Positions 26,379 to 34,049 of a DNA stretch of 34,679 nucleotides are shown here, piece after piece; the first letter of the stretch is position 1; each line of letters opens with the position of its first letter. Origin of the DNA: Chloroflexota bacterium (GTDB taxonomy: Bacteria > Chloroflexota > Dormibacteria > CF-121); the NCBI GenBank assembly GCA_005881235.1, contig VBEQ01000147.1, forward strand, positions 1 through 34,679. Direction: 5' to 3'. The notes beneath the pieces were generated by a model. It had not been told where the DNA came from and did not search any database. It saw only the letters and a program-made list of their open reading frames with translations. The translations under genes and the position numbers were made by a program.

Positions 26379-26828
26379 GTGCAGCGCACGCTGGTCCTGG
26401 TCAAGCCCGATGGCGTCCAGCGAGGACTAGTCGGGGCGATCATCGCGCGGCTGGAGGGTCGAGGCCTGAAGCTCATCGGCCTCAAGATGATGCGGATCAC
26501 CAAAGACGTGGCGAGCCGCCATTACGTGGAGCACCAGGGTAAGCCGTTCTACGACGGCTTGATTGCGTTCATCACCTCGGGGCCGGTGGTGGCGATGATC
26601 TGGGAAGGGCGCGAGGCGGTCAGTGTCGTCCGCAGCCTGGTGGGCGCGACGGATCCGCTGAAAGCTGCGCCCGGGACGATTCGCGGCGACCTCGCCCTCG
26701 ACCTCGGCATGAACTTGATCCACGGATCGGACTCGCCCAGCCGCGCCCAAGCCGAAATCACCCTCTTCTTCGAGTCCAACGAGCTGCACGAGTACGAGCG
26801 CACCGCGGACCGCTGGATCCGCGAGTAG
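26379..26828 (+). CDS. ndk: Nucleoside diphosphate kinase
   Basis: RTLVLVKPDGVQRGL, SGPVVAM, PGTIRGD, NLIHGSDS. Confidence 0.97.
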   Translation: MQRTLVLVKPDGVQRGLVGAIIARLEGRGLKLIGLKMMRITKDVASRHYVEHQGKPFYDGLIAFITSGPVVAMIWEGREAVSVVRSLVGATDPLKAAPGTIRGDLALDLGMNLIHGSDSPSRAQAEITLFFESNELHEYERTADRWIRE

Positions 26829-26843
26829 GTTCCACGTGCAACC
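26828..26843. promoter_or_regulatory. parS-like centromere site
   Basis: GGTTCCACGTGCAACC, a near-perfect 16-bp palindrome matching tGTTtCACGTGaAACa, filling the gap between the convergent ndk and parB stops. Confidence 0.82.
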
Positions 26844-26844
26844 G

Positions 26845-27729
26845 CTACCGGGTCAAGCGGCGCCGGAGCGCCTCGAGCTCCTCGTTGCTGTAGAACTCGA
26901 TCGTCAAGCGCCCGCCCTGCTTGAGTTTGGTCAGGACGACCTTGGTCCCCAGGGCCCGACGAAATTCTTCCTCGACCGCGCGAGTTTCGGGATCGGTCGC
27001 GGCCAACCGTCGGCGTGGCTGCCGGGTCCCCGCCTCGGTCGCGCGGGCGCGAGCCCACTCCTCCGTCTGCCGCACACTCCACCGCTCCTTGATCACCCGC
27101 TCGAGGCCGACAAGTTGCTGGGCCACCGTCGCCAGGCCGAGAAGGGCACTCCCGTGTCCGGCCGTGATCGCGCCGCTTTCGATCGCCTTGATGGCGGTCT
27201 CCGGTAACCCGAGCAAGCGCACACTCTGGGCGATCGTCACCCGGTTCTTGCCGATCCGCTCGGCCAGGGCTTCCTGGGTCAGACCGAAGTCGCGCAACAG
27301 GCGCTGAATGGCGCGCGCCTCTTCGATGGCGTTGAGGTCGGTCCGCTGCAGGTTCTCGACCAGCGCCAGCTCCAAGCGTTCCTCGAGGCGTCCGCCACTG
27401 CCGGGGTGCACGATGACCGGCACCTCCTCGAGGCCGGCGATCTCCGCGGCCCGGAGCCGCCGTTCGCCCGCGATCAGCTCATAGCCGGCAAGTCCCTCGC
27501 GAACCAGCAGCGGCTGCAGGATGCCGTGGATTCGGATCGAGTCGGCGAGTTCCTGCAGGGACGCCGGATCGAACGAGCGGCGCGGCTGCTCAGGGTTCGG
27601 CTTGATCTCGGCGATCGCGATTTGCAGGGCGAAGCGGCGCCGGGCACGGTTGTCGCTCAGCTCCTCGACGTACTCCCCCGAAGGGATCAAGGCCTCGAGG
27701 CCCCGACCCAAACCACGTCGTTTGTTCAT
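26845..27729 (-). CDS. parB: Chromosome partitioning protein ParB/Spo0J
   Basis: GLGRGLEALI, PNPEQPRRSF, GILQPL, IAGERRLRAA, ENLQRTDLN, HTH region. Confidence 0.97.
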   Translation of the reverse strand: MNKRRGLGRGLEALIPSGEYVEELSDNRARRRFALQIAIAEIKPNPEQPRRSFDPASLQELADSIRIHGILQPLLVREGLAGYELIAGERRLRAAEIAGLEEVPVIVHPGSGGRLEERLELALVENLQRTDLNAIEEARAIQRLLRDFGLTQEALAERIGKNRVTIAQSVRLLGLPETAIKAIESGAITAGHGSALLGLATVAQQLVGLERVIKERWSVRQTEEWARARATEAGTRQPRRRLAATDPETRAVEEEFRRALGTKVVLTKLKQGGRLTIEFYSNEELEALRRRLTR

Positions 27730-28484
27730 CTGGCGATCAACTCCTTGGTGAGTTCCTGGTAGGCGACGGCGCCGCGTGAGGTCGGGTCATATTGCGTGAT
27801 CGGCATCCCATAACTGGGCGCCTCGCTGAGGCGCACGTTGCGCGGGATGACGGTCTGAAACGTCTTCTCCGGATAGCGTGCGCGGACCTGCTCCGCCACC
27901 TGGAGCGCCAGCGTCAAGCGAGGATCGAAAAGCGTCAGCACGATGCCGCCGATCTTCAGCCGCGGGTTGAGCTCGCGTTGGATGAGCTGCGTCGTGTGGG
28001 TCAGCGCGCCCAGGCCTTCGAGCGCGTAATACTCGCACTGGATCGGAATCAGCATGTACTCGGCGGCCACCAGGGAGTTGATGGTGAGCAGGCCGAGCGA
28101 GGGCGGGCAGTCGATGATGATGTAGTCGTAGGCGACGCGCAGCGCGTCGAGCGCGTAGAGCAGGCGCCGTTCGCGCCGGGGTAGGTTGATCAGCTCGATC
28201 TCGGCGCCGGCCAGCGAGACATGTGATGGGAGGATGTCGAGGCCCGGCACCGCGGTCGGACGGATCACTTGATTGATGTCATCGGCATCGACGATGACGT
28301 TATAGACACTACTGTTGAGCTCGCTACGGATGATGCCCAGCCCGCTGGTGGTGTTGCCTTGAGGGTCCATGTCGACGATCAACACGCTGAGGCCGAGCTG
28401 CGGCAGGTTGGCGGCCACGTTGATAGCGGTCGTGGTCTTGCCGACTCCGCCCTTTTGATTGACGACTGCGTAGACTCTTGGCAA
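27726..28484 (-). CDS. parA: Chromosome partitioning ATPase ParA/Soj
   Basis: NQKGGVGKTTT, DMDPQGN, IDCPPSLG, QCEYYALEG, IPRNVRLSEAPS; TTG 28484 preferred because TATAAT (28524-19) lies inside the longer ORF. Confidence 0.96.
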   Translation of the reverse strand: MPRVYAVVNQKGGVGKTTTAINVAANLPQLGLSVLIVDMDPQGNTTSGLGIIRSELNSSVYNVIVDADDINQVIRPTAVPGLDILPSHVSLAGAEIELINLPRRERRLLYALDALRVAYDYIIIDCPPSLGLLTINSLVAAEYMLIPIQCEYYALEGLGALTHTTQLIQRELNPRLKIGGIVLTLFDPRLTLALQVAEQVRARYPEKTFQTVIPRNVRLSEAPSYGMPITQYDPTSRGAVAYQELTKELIAR

Positions 28485-28518
28485 TTTGCTGGCTGGAACG
28501 CGGGACGGTGCTGCCCGG

Positions 28519-28575
28519 ATTATACGGTCGCCGGGATCAAACGCACGTTTGCACAAGTGGAATGCCTGTGCATAA
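28519..28575 (-). promoter_or_regulatory. parAB promoter region with DnaA boxes
   Basis: Minus-strand TATAAT at 28524-19; consensus box TTATGCACA (minus, 28575-67) and GTTTGCACA (plus, 28547-55). Confidence 0.62.
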
Positions 28576-29562
28576 CTACCTGAGCAGGTAGGGGATCACG
28601 CCGACGGCGATGTTGTAGCCGGCGTGTGTCACCATGCATGGCAGGGTGCTGCCGGAGCGAACGCGCAATAACCCGAGTCCGATGCCGAGCACGAAGACCT
28701 CGAGGGTCGCGAAGGTGACGGCGTACTGGGTGTGGAGTGCGGCGAAGAGGACGGCCGTGACCAGCACGCCGAGGCGCGGTACCAGGGCGCCACGAAACAG
28801 GGTCTCTTCCACGACCGCCGGCATCAAGCCGAGCAAGATGACGCCAAGTGGGTTGTTGAAGTGGCTGAACAACACGTTCGTCGCATTGGTGACCTGCTGC
28901 TGGCTCGACGGGCTCAGTATGTCCGCGACCCGCTCGATGCCGTAGGCGACCGCCAGGAACGCGAAGATGCCTAGCACCGCCACCAGCCACCATCGGTTTT
29001 GACGTGGCGGCACCAGGCCGAGCCGTTCGATGGCCTCGCGCGGCGATCGTCGCACGAAGATCCCGACTCCGACAAAGGAGAGGAGGAGCAACGGGATGTC
29101 CTGCGCCAGGAGATCGGCCAGCGTCAGGGGTGTGCCGGGCTGCACCTGCGCACCGGCTTGCTGCGCGATCAGCAGCAGGCCGAGCACGATCGTGAGGTAG
29201 ATAACCGGCGACCCAGGGCGTATCGGGATCACGCGCGCCAGCGCACGCTGGACCGGAGGCCACAAGTACAGCAGGCCGAGGACGCCAGCAATCGTCAGCG
29301 GGACGGCGAGAAATTCGGCCGCCCGGAATCTGTCGAGGCTCTCCGCTCCGGTGCGATACAGCACCAGGTGGCCGCCGGCGACCAGGAGGCCGAACAGCAG
29401 CGCGAGCCCGCAGAGTGCGCCACCGGCGATGAGGGATACGATGCGCGCGGTCGCGTTGCGCTCGCCGAAGTTGGCGAGCACATAGAGGGCGGCGAGGATA
29501 CCAAGGAGGACAACCGTCCAGAAATCGACCGCGGCGTCGCCGTGAACGAGAAGGCGGATCAG
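28576..29562 (-). CDS. CPBP/Abi (CAAX type II) intramembrane metalloprotease
   Basis: [20 protein letters not shown]. The frame stays open and hydrophobic upstream of GTG 29481 to a CTG at 29562 that overlaps the SPFH stop; start uncertain. Confidence 0.88.
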   Translation of the reverse strand: MIRLLVHGDAAVDFWTVVLLGILAALYVLANFGERNATARIVSLIAGGALCGLALLFGLLVAGGHLVLYRTGAESLDRFRAAEFLAVPLTIAGVLGLLYLWPPVQRALARVIPIRPGSPVIYLTIVLGLLLIAQQAGAQVQPGTPLTLADLLAQDIPLLLLSFVGVGIFVRRSPREAIERLGLVPPRQNRWWLVAVLGIFAFLAVAYGIERVADILSPSSQQQVTNATNVLFSHFNNPLGVILLGLMPAVVEETLFRGALVPRLGVLVTAVLFAALHTQYAVTFATLEVFVLGIGLGLLRVRSGSTLPCMVTHAGYNIAVGVIPYLLR

Positions 29563-30356
29563 GCTTTTGCCGGTGTCGCCGATCCGCCGCCCTTGCCCTG
29601 GCGGATATCGATGAGCTGCTGGACGAGGTCGATCGGCACCGGAAAGACGATCACGGTGTTCCGTTCGACCCCGATCTCCGTGAGGGTCTGCAGGTAGCGC
29701 AATTGCAGCGCGCTAGGCTGCGTCGCGATCACGCCGGCGGCATCGGTCAGCTTCTGCGCCGCCTCGAACTCACCCTCCGCATGGATGATCTTGGCTCGCT
29801 TCTCTCGCTCGGCCTCTGCCTGCTTGGCCATCGCTCGCTGCATCGTTTGGGGGAGCTCGACATCCTTGATCTCGACGGTCGAGACCTTGATTCCCCAGGG
29901 TTCCGTCTGCTCGTCGATGATTTTTTGCAGGCGGGTGTTGATCTTCTCCCGGTTGGCGAGGAGCTCGTCCAGCGATGACTGCCCGAGCACGCTCCGTAGC
30001 GTGGTTTGCGCTATTTGTGAAGTGGCGTTGATGAAGTTGGCAACCTTGGTGACGGCGTTGCGGGGATCGACCACCAGGAAGTAGATGACGGCGTTGACCT
30101 TGATGGTCACGTTGTCGAGCGTAATGACCTCCTGTGGCGGGACCTCGAGGGTCACCGTCCGCAGATCGATCTTCACCAGGCGGTCGATGCCGAAGGGAAT
30201 GATCAGCCTCAGTCCCGGACCCTTCAGGGCCATCAAGCGGCCCAGCCGGAAGAGGACGCCGCGTTCGTATTCGTTGATGATCCGGATCGCCGAGCTCAGG
30301 CCGATGAGGACGACGAGAACGATGAAGCCGAGGACGATGAGAGCGAAAACGCCCAT
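29559..30356 (-). CDS. SPFH/band-7 stomatin-like (slipin) protein
   Basis: [64 protein letters not shown]; AGGGAGG SD. Confidence 0.96.
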   Translation of the reverse strand: MGVFALIVLGFIVLVVLIGLSSAIRIINEYERGVLFRLGRLMALKGPGLRLIIPFGIDRLVKIDLRTVTLEVPPQEVITLDNVTIKVNAVIYFLVVDPRNAVTKVANFINATSQIAQTTLRSVLGQSSLDELLANREKINTRLQKIIDEQTEPWGIKVSTVEIKDVELPQTMQRAMAKQAEAEREKRAKIIHAEGEFEAAQKLTDAAGVIATQPSALQLRYLQTLTEIGVERNTVIVFPVPIDLVQQLIDIRQGKGGGSATPAKA

Positions 30357-30410
30357 GAGTCCCTCCCTTCGTTAACGCACCGCTGCCGTCGAGTTCATGT
30401 TACGGGTCAC

Positions 30411-30505
30411 ATCATCAGCGCGCGTGATCATCAGCGCGCTCCGGCGTGGAAAAGCGCGCCTGATCATCAGCGCCCTCCGGCGTGGAAAAGCGCGCGTGTT
30501 CATGA
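30411..30505. repeat. 36-bp tandem repeat (2 full + 2 partial copies) with internal hairpin
   Basis: tgatcatcagcgcgctccggcgtggaaaagcgcgcc (30425-60) and tgatcatcagcgccctccggcgtggaaaagcgcgcg (30461-96), 34/36 identical; partial copies at 30411-24 and 30497-505. Confidence 0.9.
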
Positions 30506-31891
30506 GGATGCCGCCTGCGGCCCTTGCGACCGCCCCGCCTCCGTTTGTTGCACGGCTTCGACTCGCAGACGAAGGCCGTCCACGCCGACCACGCGTACTG
30601 GCGCGCCGGCATCGAGCGGGCCACTGGTTGAGGTGGCTTGCCAGAGCGCGCCGTTGACGAACACCATCCCGCTGGGGTTCAACGGTTCTCGCACCGAACC
30701 GAGGCTGCCGATCATCGACTCCTCGCCCGCCGCGTACGGACGCCGCCGGGCATCGAGCAGCTTGCGCAGGATGAAGAGGAAGACGGCGGCGATGACGAGC
30801 ACCGTGATTACGAGCAGTGGGATGTTGACGCCCTCGGCCAGGAAGCTGGTATTGATCAACAGCAGGCCGCCGAGCGTCATCGCGACGATGCCGCCGGTGG
30901 TCAGCACCCCGTGGGTCACCGCTTTGAGGTCGACAATGAACAGCACCACCGCGATCAGGATGAGGATGATCCCGGCGATGTTGACCGGGAGATCGAACAT
31001 CGACACCGCGGCGAGCACGCCGGCGATGACGCCGATCACCCCGGGCAGGAACATGCCGGGGTGCGTGACCCAGAAGCCGATGCCAATCAGCGCCAGCAGG
31101 AACAGAAGGTACACGAGGTTCGGGTCGGCGACTGCCTGGAGAAACTGATCGAAGCCACTCATGTCGTAGTGCTGGATGCCGGCGTTCGCGGTTTGCAGGG
31201 TGTATGTCTGGCCGCCCTTTGAGACATGGCGGGCGTCGAGGTCCTGGAGCAACGTGTCCAGGTCCCTGCTTTCGAAATCGACCACGCCCAATTTCACGGC
31301 GTCATCCACGGGCGCATTGATGCTCTGCCGGACGGCCTTCTCGGCCCAGTCCGCGTTGCGGTGGTGCAGCGCGGCCAGGGCCCGAATGTAGGCGGCCGCG
31401 TCGTTTTCGATCTTCTGCGATTCGATATCCGGTGCCGTCGACGTGGCGCCGCTCGCGCTCGGGCTTGCCGCCGGGGTGGCGGCCGGGTTGGAGCCGCCAA
31501 GGCTGACGGGATGGGCCGAGCCGATGTTCGTCCCCGGGGCCATCACGGCGATATCGGCCGCCTCCGTGATGTAGAGGCCGGCCGAGGCGGCCCGGGCGCC
31601 TGAGGGCGACACGAAGATCACGACGGGCAGCGGCGCGCCCAGGATCTTCTTGATGATGTGGCGCATCGAGGTGTCGAGCCCACCCGGGGTATCCATCGCG
31701 ATGATCAGCGCGTTGGCCTGCCCAGAGACGGCCTTGTCGACCGCGGTGGAGACGTAGTTGTCAGTGATCGGATTGATGACCCCGTTGAGGGTCGCGACCA
31801 GGACGTGCGGCTCGGCGGCGCGGGCTTGAACCGCGGGCAGCAAAACGGCCAGCATGGTGGCCGCGAGAAAGAGCCGGGCGGCCCTCGTCAC
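30500..31891 (-). CDS. nfeD: NfeD long form (ClpP-class serine protease + membrane domain + OB fold)
   Basis: Signal peptide, MDTPGG, RAASAG, MAPGTNIGSAHPV, RNADWA, GMVFVNGALWQA; adjacent to SPFH gene; GTG 31891 lies 6 nt after TATGAT. Confidence 0.92.
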   Translation of the reverse strand: MTRAARLFLAATMLAVLLPAVQARAAEPHVLVATLNGVINPITDNYVSTAVDKAVSGQANALIIAMDTPGGLDTSMRHIIKKILGAPLPVVIFVSPSGARAASAGLYITEAADIAVMAPGTNIGSAHPVSLGGSNPAATPAASPSASGATSTAPDIESQKIENDAAAYIRALAALHHRNADWAEKAVRQSINAPVDDAVKLGVVDFESRDLDTLLQDLDARHVSKGGQTYTLQTANAGIQHYDMSGFDQFLQAVADPNLVYLLFLLALIGIGFWVTHPGMFLPGVIGVIAGVLAAVSMFDLPVNIAGIILILIAVVLFIVDLKAVTHGVLTTGGIVAMTLGGLLLINTSFLAEGVNIPLLVITVLVIAAVFLFILRKLLDARRRPYAAGEESMIGSLGSVREPLNPSGMVFVNGALWQATSTSGPLDAGAPVRVVGVDGLRLRVEAVQQTEAGRSQGPQAASS

Positions 31892-31941
31892 GACTTGATC
31901 ATAGCCCCGGTTTACGGCCTTGTCGTTCGTAGAATGGGAAC

Positions 31942-32544
31942 ATGGCCCAACGCGTGGAACAGCAGCCGCCGAAAGACGAGGAGGAGGAGATCCGGGCGCA
32001 AGTCGCGCGCTATCCACGACTGTCCAACGCGCAGGAACAGCGGCTCCTTGCCACCCAGGGGGTGGAGCGCGATGCGGCGAACCGGACGCTGATCGAGCAT
32101 AACCTCCACCTGGTGGTGGAGGCCGCGCAGGCGCGCAAGAAGCACGGCGTCCCCTTTGGCGACCTCTTCCAGGAAGGGACGGTCGGGTTGATCTCGGCCA
32201 TCGAGCACTACCAGCCCGGAGACGGCGGCTTCCATGCCCGGTTGGTACACGCGATCGACGTCACCATGGATGACGTGCTCGCCCAGACGCAAGAAGCCCA
32301 GCGCAACGACGAAGCCTTCGTCGTCGCCTGCCGCCTGCTGGAATCGGCGCAGCGGCTGCTGTCGGAGCGGCTGGACCGCGAGGCGACGCCCGCCGAGCTG
32401 GCCAAGCTTCTGCAGTGGGAGGAGGCGCGCGTCAATATCATTCTGGAGATGCTGCGAGGGGCCGAGGTGGTCCACGACCAGGAGCTGCTCGACTACCTCG
32501 ACCTCCTCGACGACGCGGACGATCCTGACGACCCCGAGGCGTAA
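31942..32544 (+). CDS. Truncated sigma70-like protein (regions 1.2-2-3 only; degenerate 2.3/2.4; no region 4)
   Basis: YPRLSNAQEQRL (1.2), LIEHNLHLVV (2.1), GVPFGDLFQEGTVGLISAIEHY (2.2), LSERLDREATPAELAKLL (3); ends in an acidic tail. ATG lies 6 nt after TAGAAT. Confidence 0.8.
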   Translation: MAQRVEQQPPKDEEEEIRAQVARYPRLSNAQEQRLLATQGVERDAANRTLIEHNLHLVVEAAQARKKHGVPFGDLFQEGTVGLISAIEHYQPGDGGFHARLVHAIDVTMDDVLAQTQEAQRNDEAFVVACRLLESAQRLLSERLDREATPAELAKLLQWEEARVNIILEMLRGAEVVHDQELLDYLDLLDDADDPDDPEA

Positions 32545-32547
32545 CGT

Positions 32548-33639
32548 TTGGTCGTGACGGCCGCGCGGACACCGCTGTACGAGGAGCATGTCCGTCTCGG
32601 CGCCCAGATGACGAACTTCGGAGGCTGGGTGATGCCGCTTCAGTACAGCACGATCCGCGAAGAGCACCACGCCGTGCGCGAGGCTGTGGGCCTCTTCGAT
32701 CTTTCGCATATGGGTGAGCTGCGCATCGGGGACGAAACCCTCGTCCAGCGTGTCCTCAGTCGCGACGTGACGCGACTGCGCCCGGGACGGATCCAGTACG
32801 CGGTGCTCTGCAACGACGCGGGCGGCATCATCGATGACGTGCTCGTTTATGCGATGCCGGACCGCGGCTACCTGCTGGTGGTCAATGCCGGCAACCAGGA
32901 CGGCGACTTCGACTGGATCCGAAAACACGCCCAGGCCGCGGACGCGGCCCGCAATGTCGGCCGGGAGTGGGCGCTGATCGGCGTGCAGGGCCCGCGAGCG
33001 GTGGATCTCGTTCAGCGGCTGACGCCGTCTGACCTCGCCAGTGTCAAGTACTATGCCTTCGTCGACGGGACCGTTGCGGATGTGTCGTGCGTGATCTCGC
33101 GGACCGGCTATACGGGTGAGGATGGCTTCGAGCTTTTTTGTGGCAACGCCGACGCCGTGCGGCTGTGGCGCGCGCTGCTGGAGGAGGGGCGGTCCGATGG
33201 CATCCGGCCGGCCGGCCTGGGCGCCCGCGACACCCTTCGCCTCGAAGCGGGCATGCGCCTCTACGGCAATGACATGGACGCGCAGACGAATCCCCTTGAG
33301 GCAGGGCTCGATTGGACGCTCAACCTCGAGAAGGATTTCATCGGCCGCGACGCCATCATGACGTCTCGCCAGCGGGGCCTCGCGCGGCAGCTGGTTGGCT
33401 TCAAGATGCTGGACCGCAGCATTCCACGCCACGGCTACCGCATCGTCAGTGATGGCGAGGGCGTCGGGACGGTGACGTCGGGAAACGTCTCCTTCACGCT
33501 TGGCTACAACATCGGGATGGCCTACGTGCCGCCTGCCATGTCCGAGCCGGGAACCCGTCTCGGCGTGGACATTCGTGGCGCCGCCGCGCCGGCCGAGGTC
33601 GTCCCGCTGCCTTTTTACAAGCGGCCTCATCCGAAGTGA
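32548..33639 (+). CDS. gcvT: Glycine cleavage system aminomethyltransferase T
   Basis: RTPLYEEH, FGGWVMPLQY, GLFDLSHMG, SRTGYTGEDGFE, GLGARDTLRLEAG, PLPFYK. Start TTG 32548 or GTG 32554. Confidence 0.97.
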   Translation: MVVTAARTPLYEEHVRLGAQMTNFGGWVMPLQYSTIREEHHAVREAVGLFDLSHMGELRIGDETLVQRVLSRDVTRLRPGRIQYAVLCNDAGGIIDDVLVYAMPDRGYLLVVNAGNQDGDFDWIRKHAQAADAARNVGREWALIGVQGPRAVDLVQRLTPSDLASVKYYAFVDGTVADVSCVISRTGYTGEDGFELFCGNADAVRLWRALLEEGRSDGIRPAGLGARDTLRLEAGMRLYGNDMDAQTNPLEAGLDWTLNLEKDFIGRDAIMTSRQRGLARQLVGFKMLDRSIPRHGYRIVSDGEGVGTVTSGNVSFTLGYNIGMAYVPPAMSEPGTRLGVDIRGAAAPAEVVPLPFYKRPHPK

Positions 33640-33655
33640 AGGAAAGGGAGTTAGG

Positions 33656-34042
33656 ATGCCAGACCTGACCGGCATGCGTTTCGCGGAGACCCACGAGTGG
33701 GTCAAGCAGGACGGAGAGACGGCGACGGTGGGGATCAGCGAGTATGCCCAGTCGCAGCTCGGTGACGTGATCTACCTCGAACTGCCGGCGGTTGGTCAGC
33801 AGCTCGACGCTGGCGCGCGGCTGGGGGTCATCGAATCGGTGAAGGCGGCTTCCGACCTGTACAGTCCCGTTGGTGGCGAGGTGACAGAGGCCAACGCGGA
33901 GCTCAAAGATCATCCCGAGTACGTCAACCAGGATCCCTACGGCAAGGGCTGGATCATCAAGCTCCGCGCCGTGAAGGACAATCCCAAGCTCCTCGACCAG
34001 AAAGCCTACGACGCGTTCGTCGAGGGCCAGTCGCACTCGTGA
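33656..34042 (+). CDS. gcvH: Glycine cleavage system H protein
   Basis: HEWV, GISEYAQSQLGDV, IESVKAAS (lipoyl Lys), VNQDPYGKGW; ATG 33656 with AGGGAG SD. Confidence 0.97.
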   Translation: MPDLTGMRFAETHEWVKQDGETATVGISEYAQSQLGDVIYLELPAVGQQLDAGARLGVIESVKAASDLYSPVGGEVTEANAELKDHPEYVNQDPYGKGWIIKLRAVKDNPKLLDQKAYDAFVEGQSHS

Positions 34043-34049
34043 TCTCCTG

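Noticed and set aside
30411-30505. 36-bp repeat as a CRISPR array
   Set aside because: Copies are directly adjacent with no unique spacers, and there are no cas genes in the window.
30397-30657. ORFs 30397..30657 (+) and 30415..30624 (-) with 12-aa repeats
   Set aside because: They are by-products of the 36-nt DNA repeat, overlap nfeD, and have no SD or recognisable domain.
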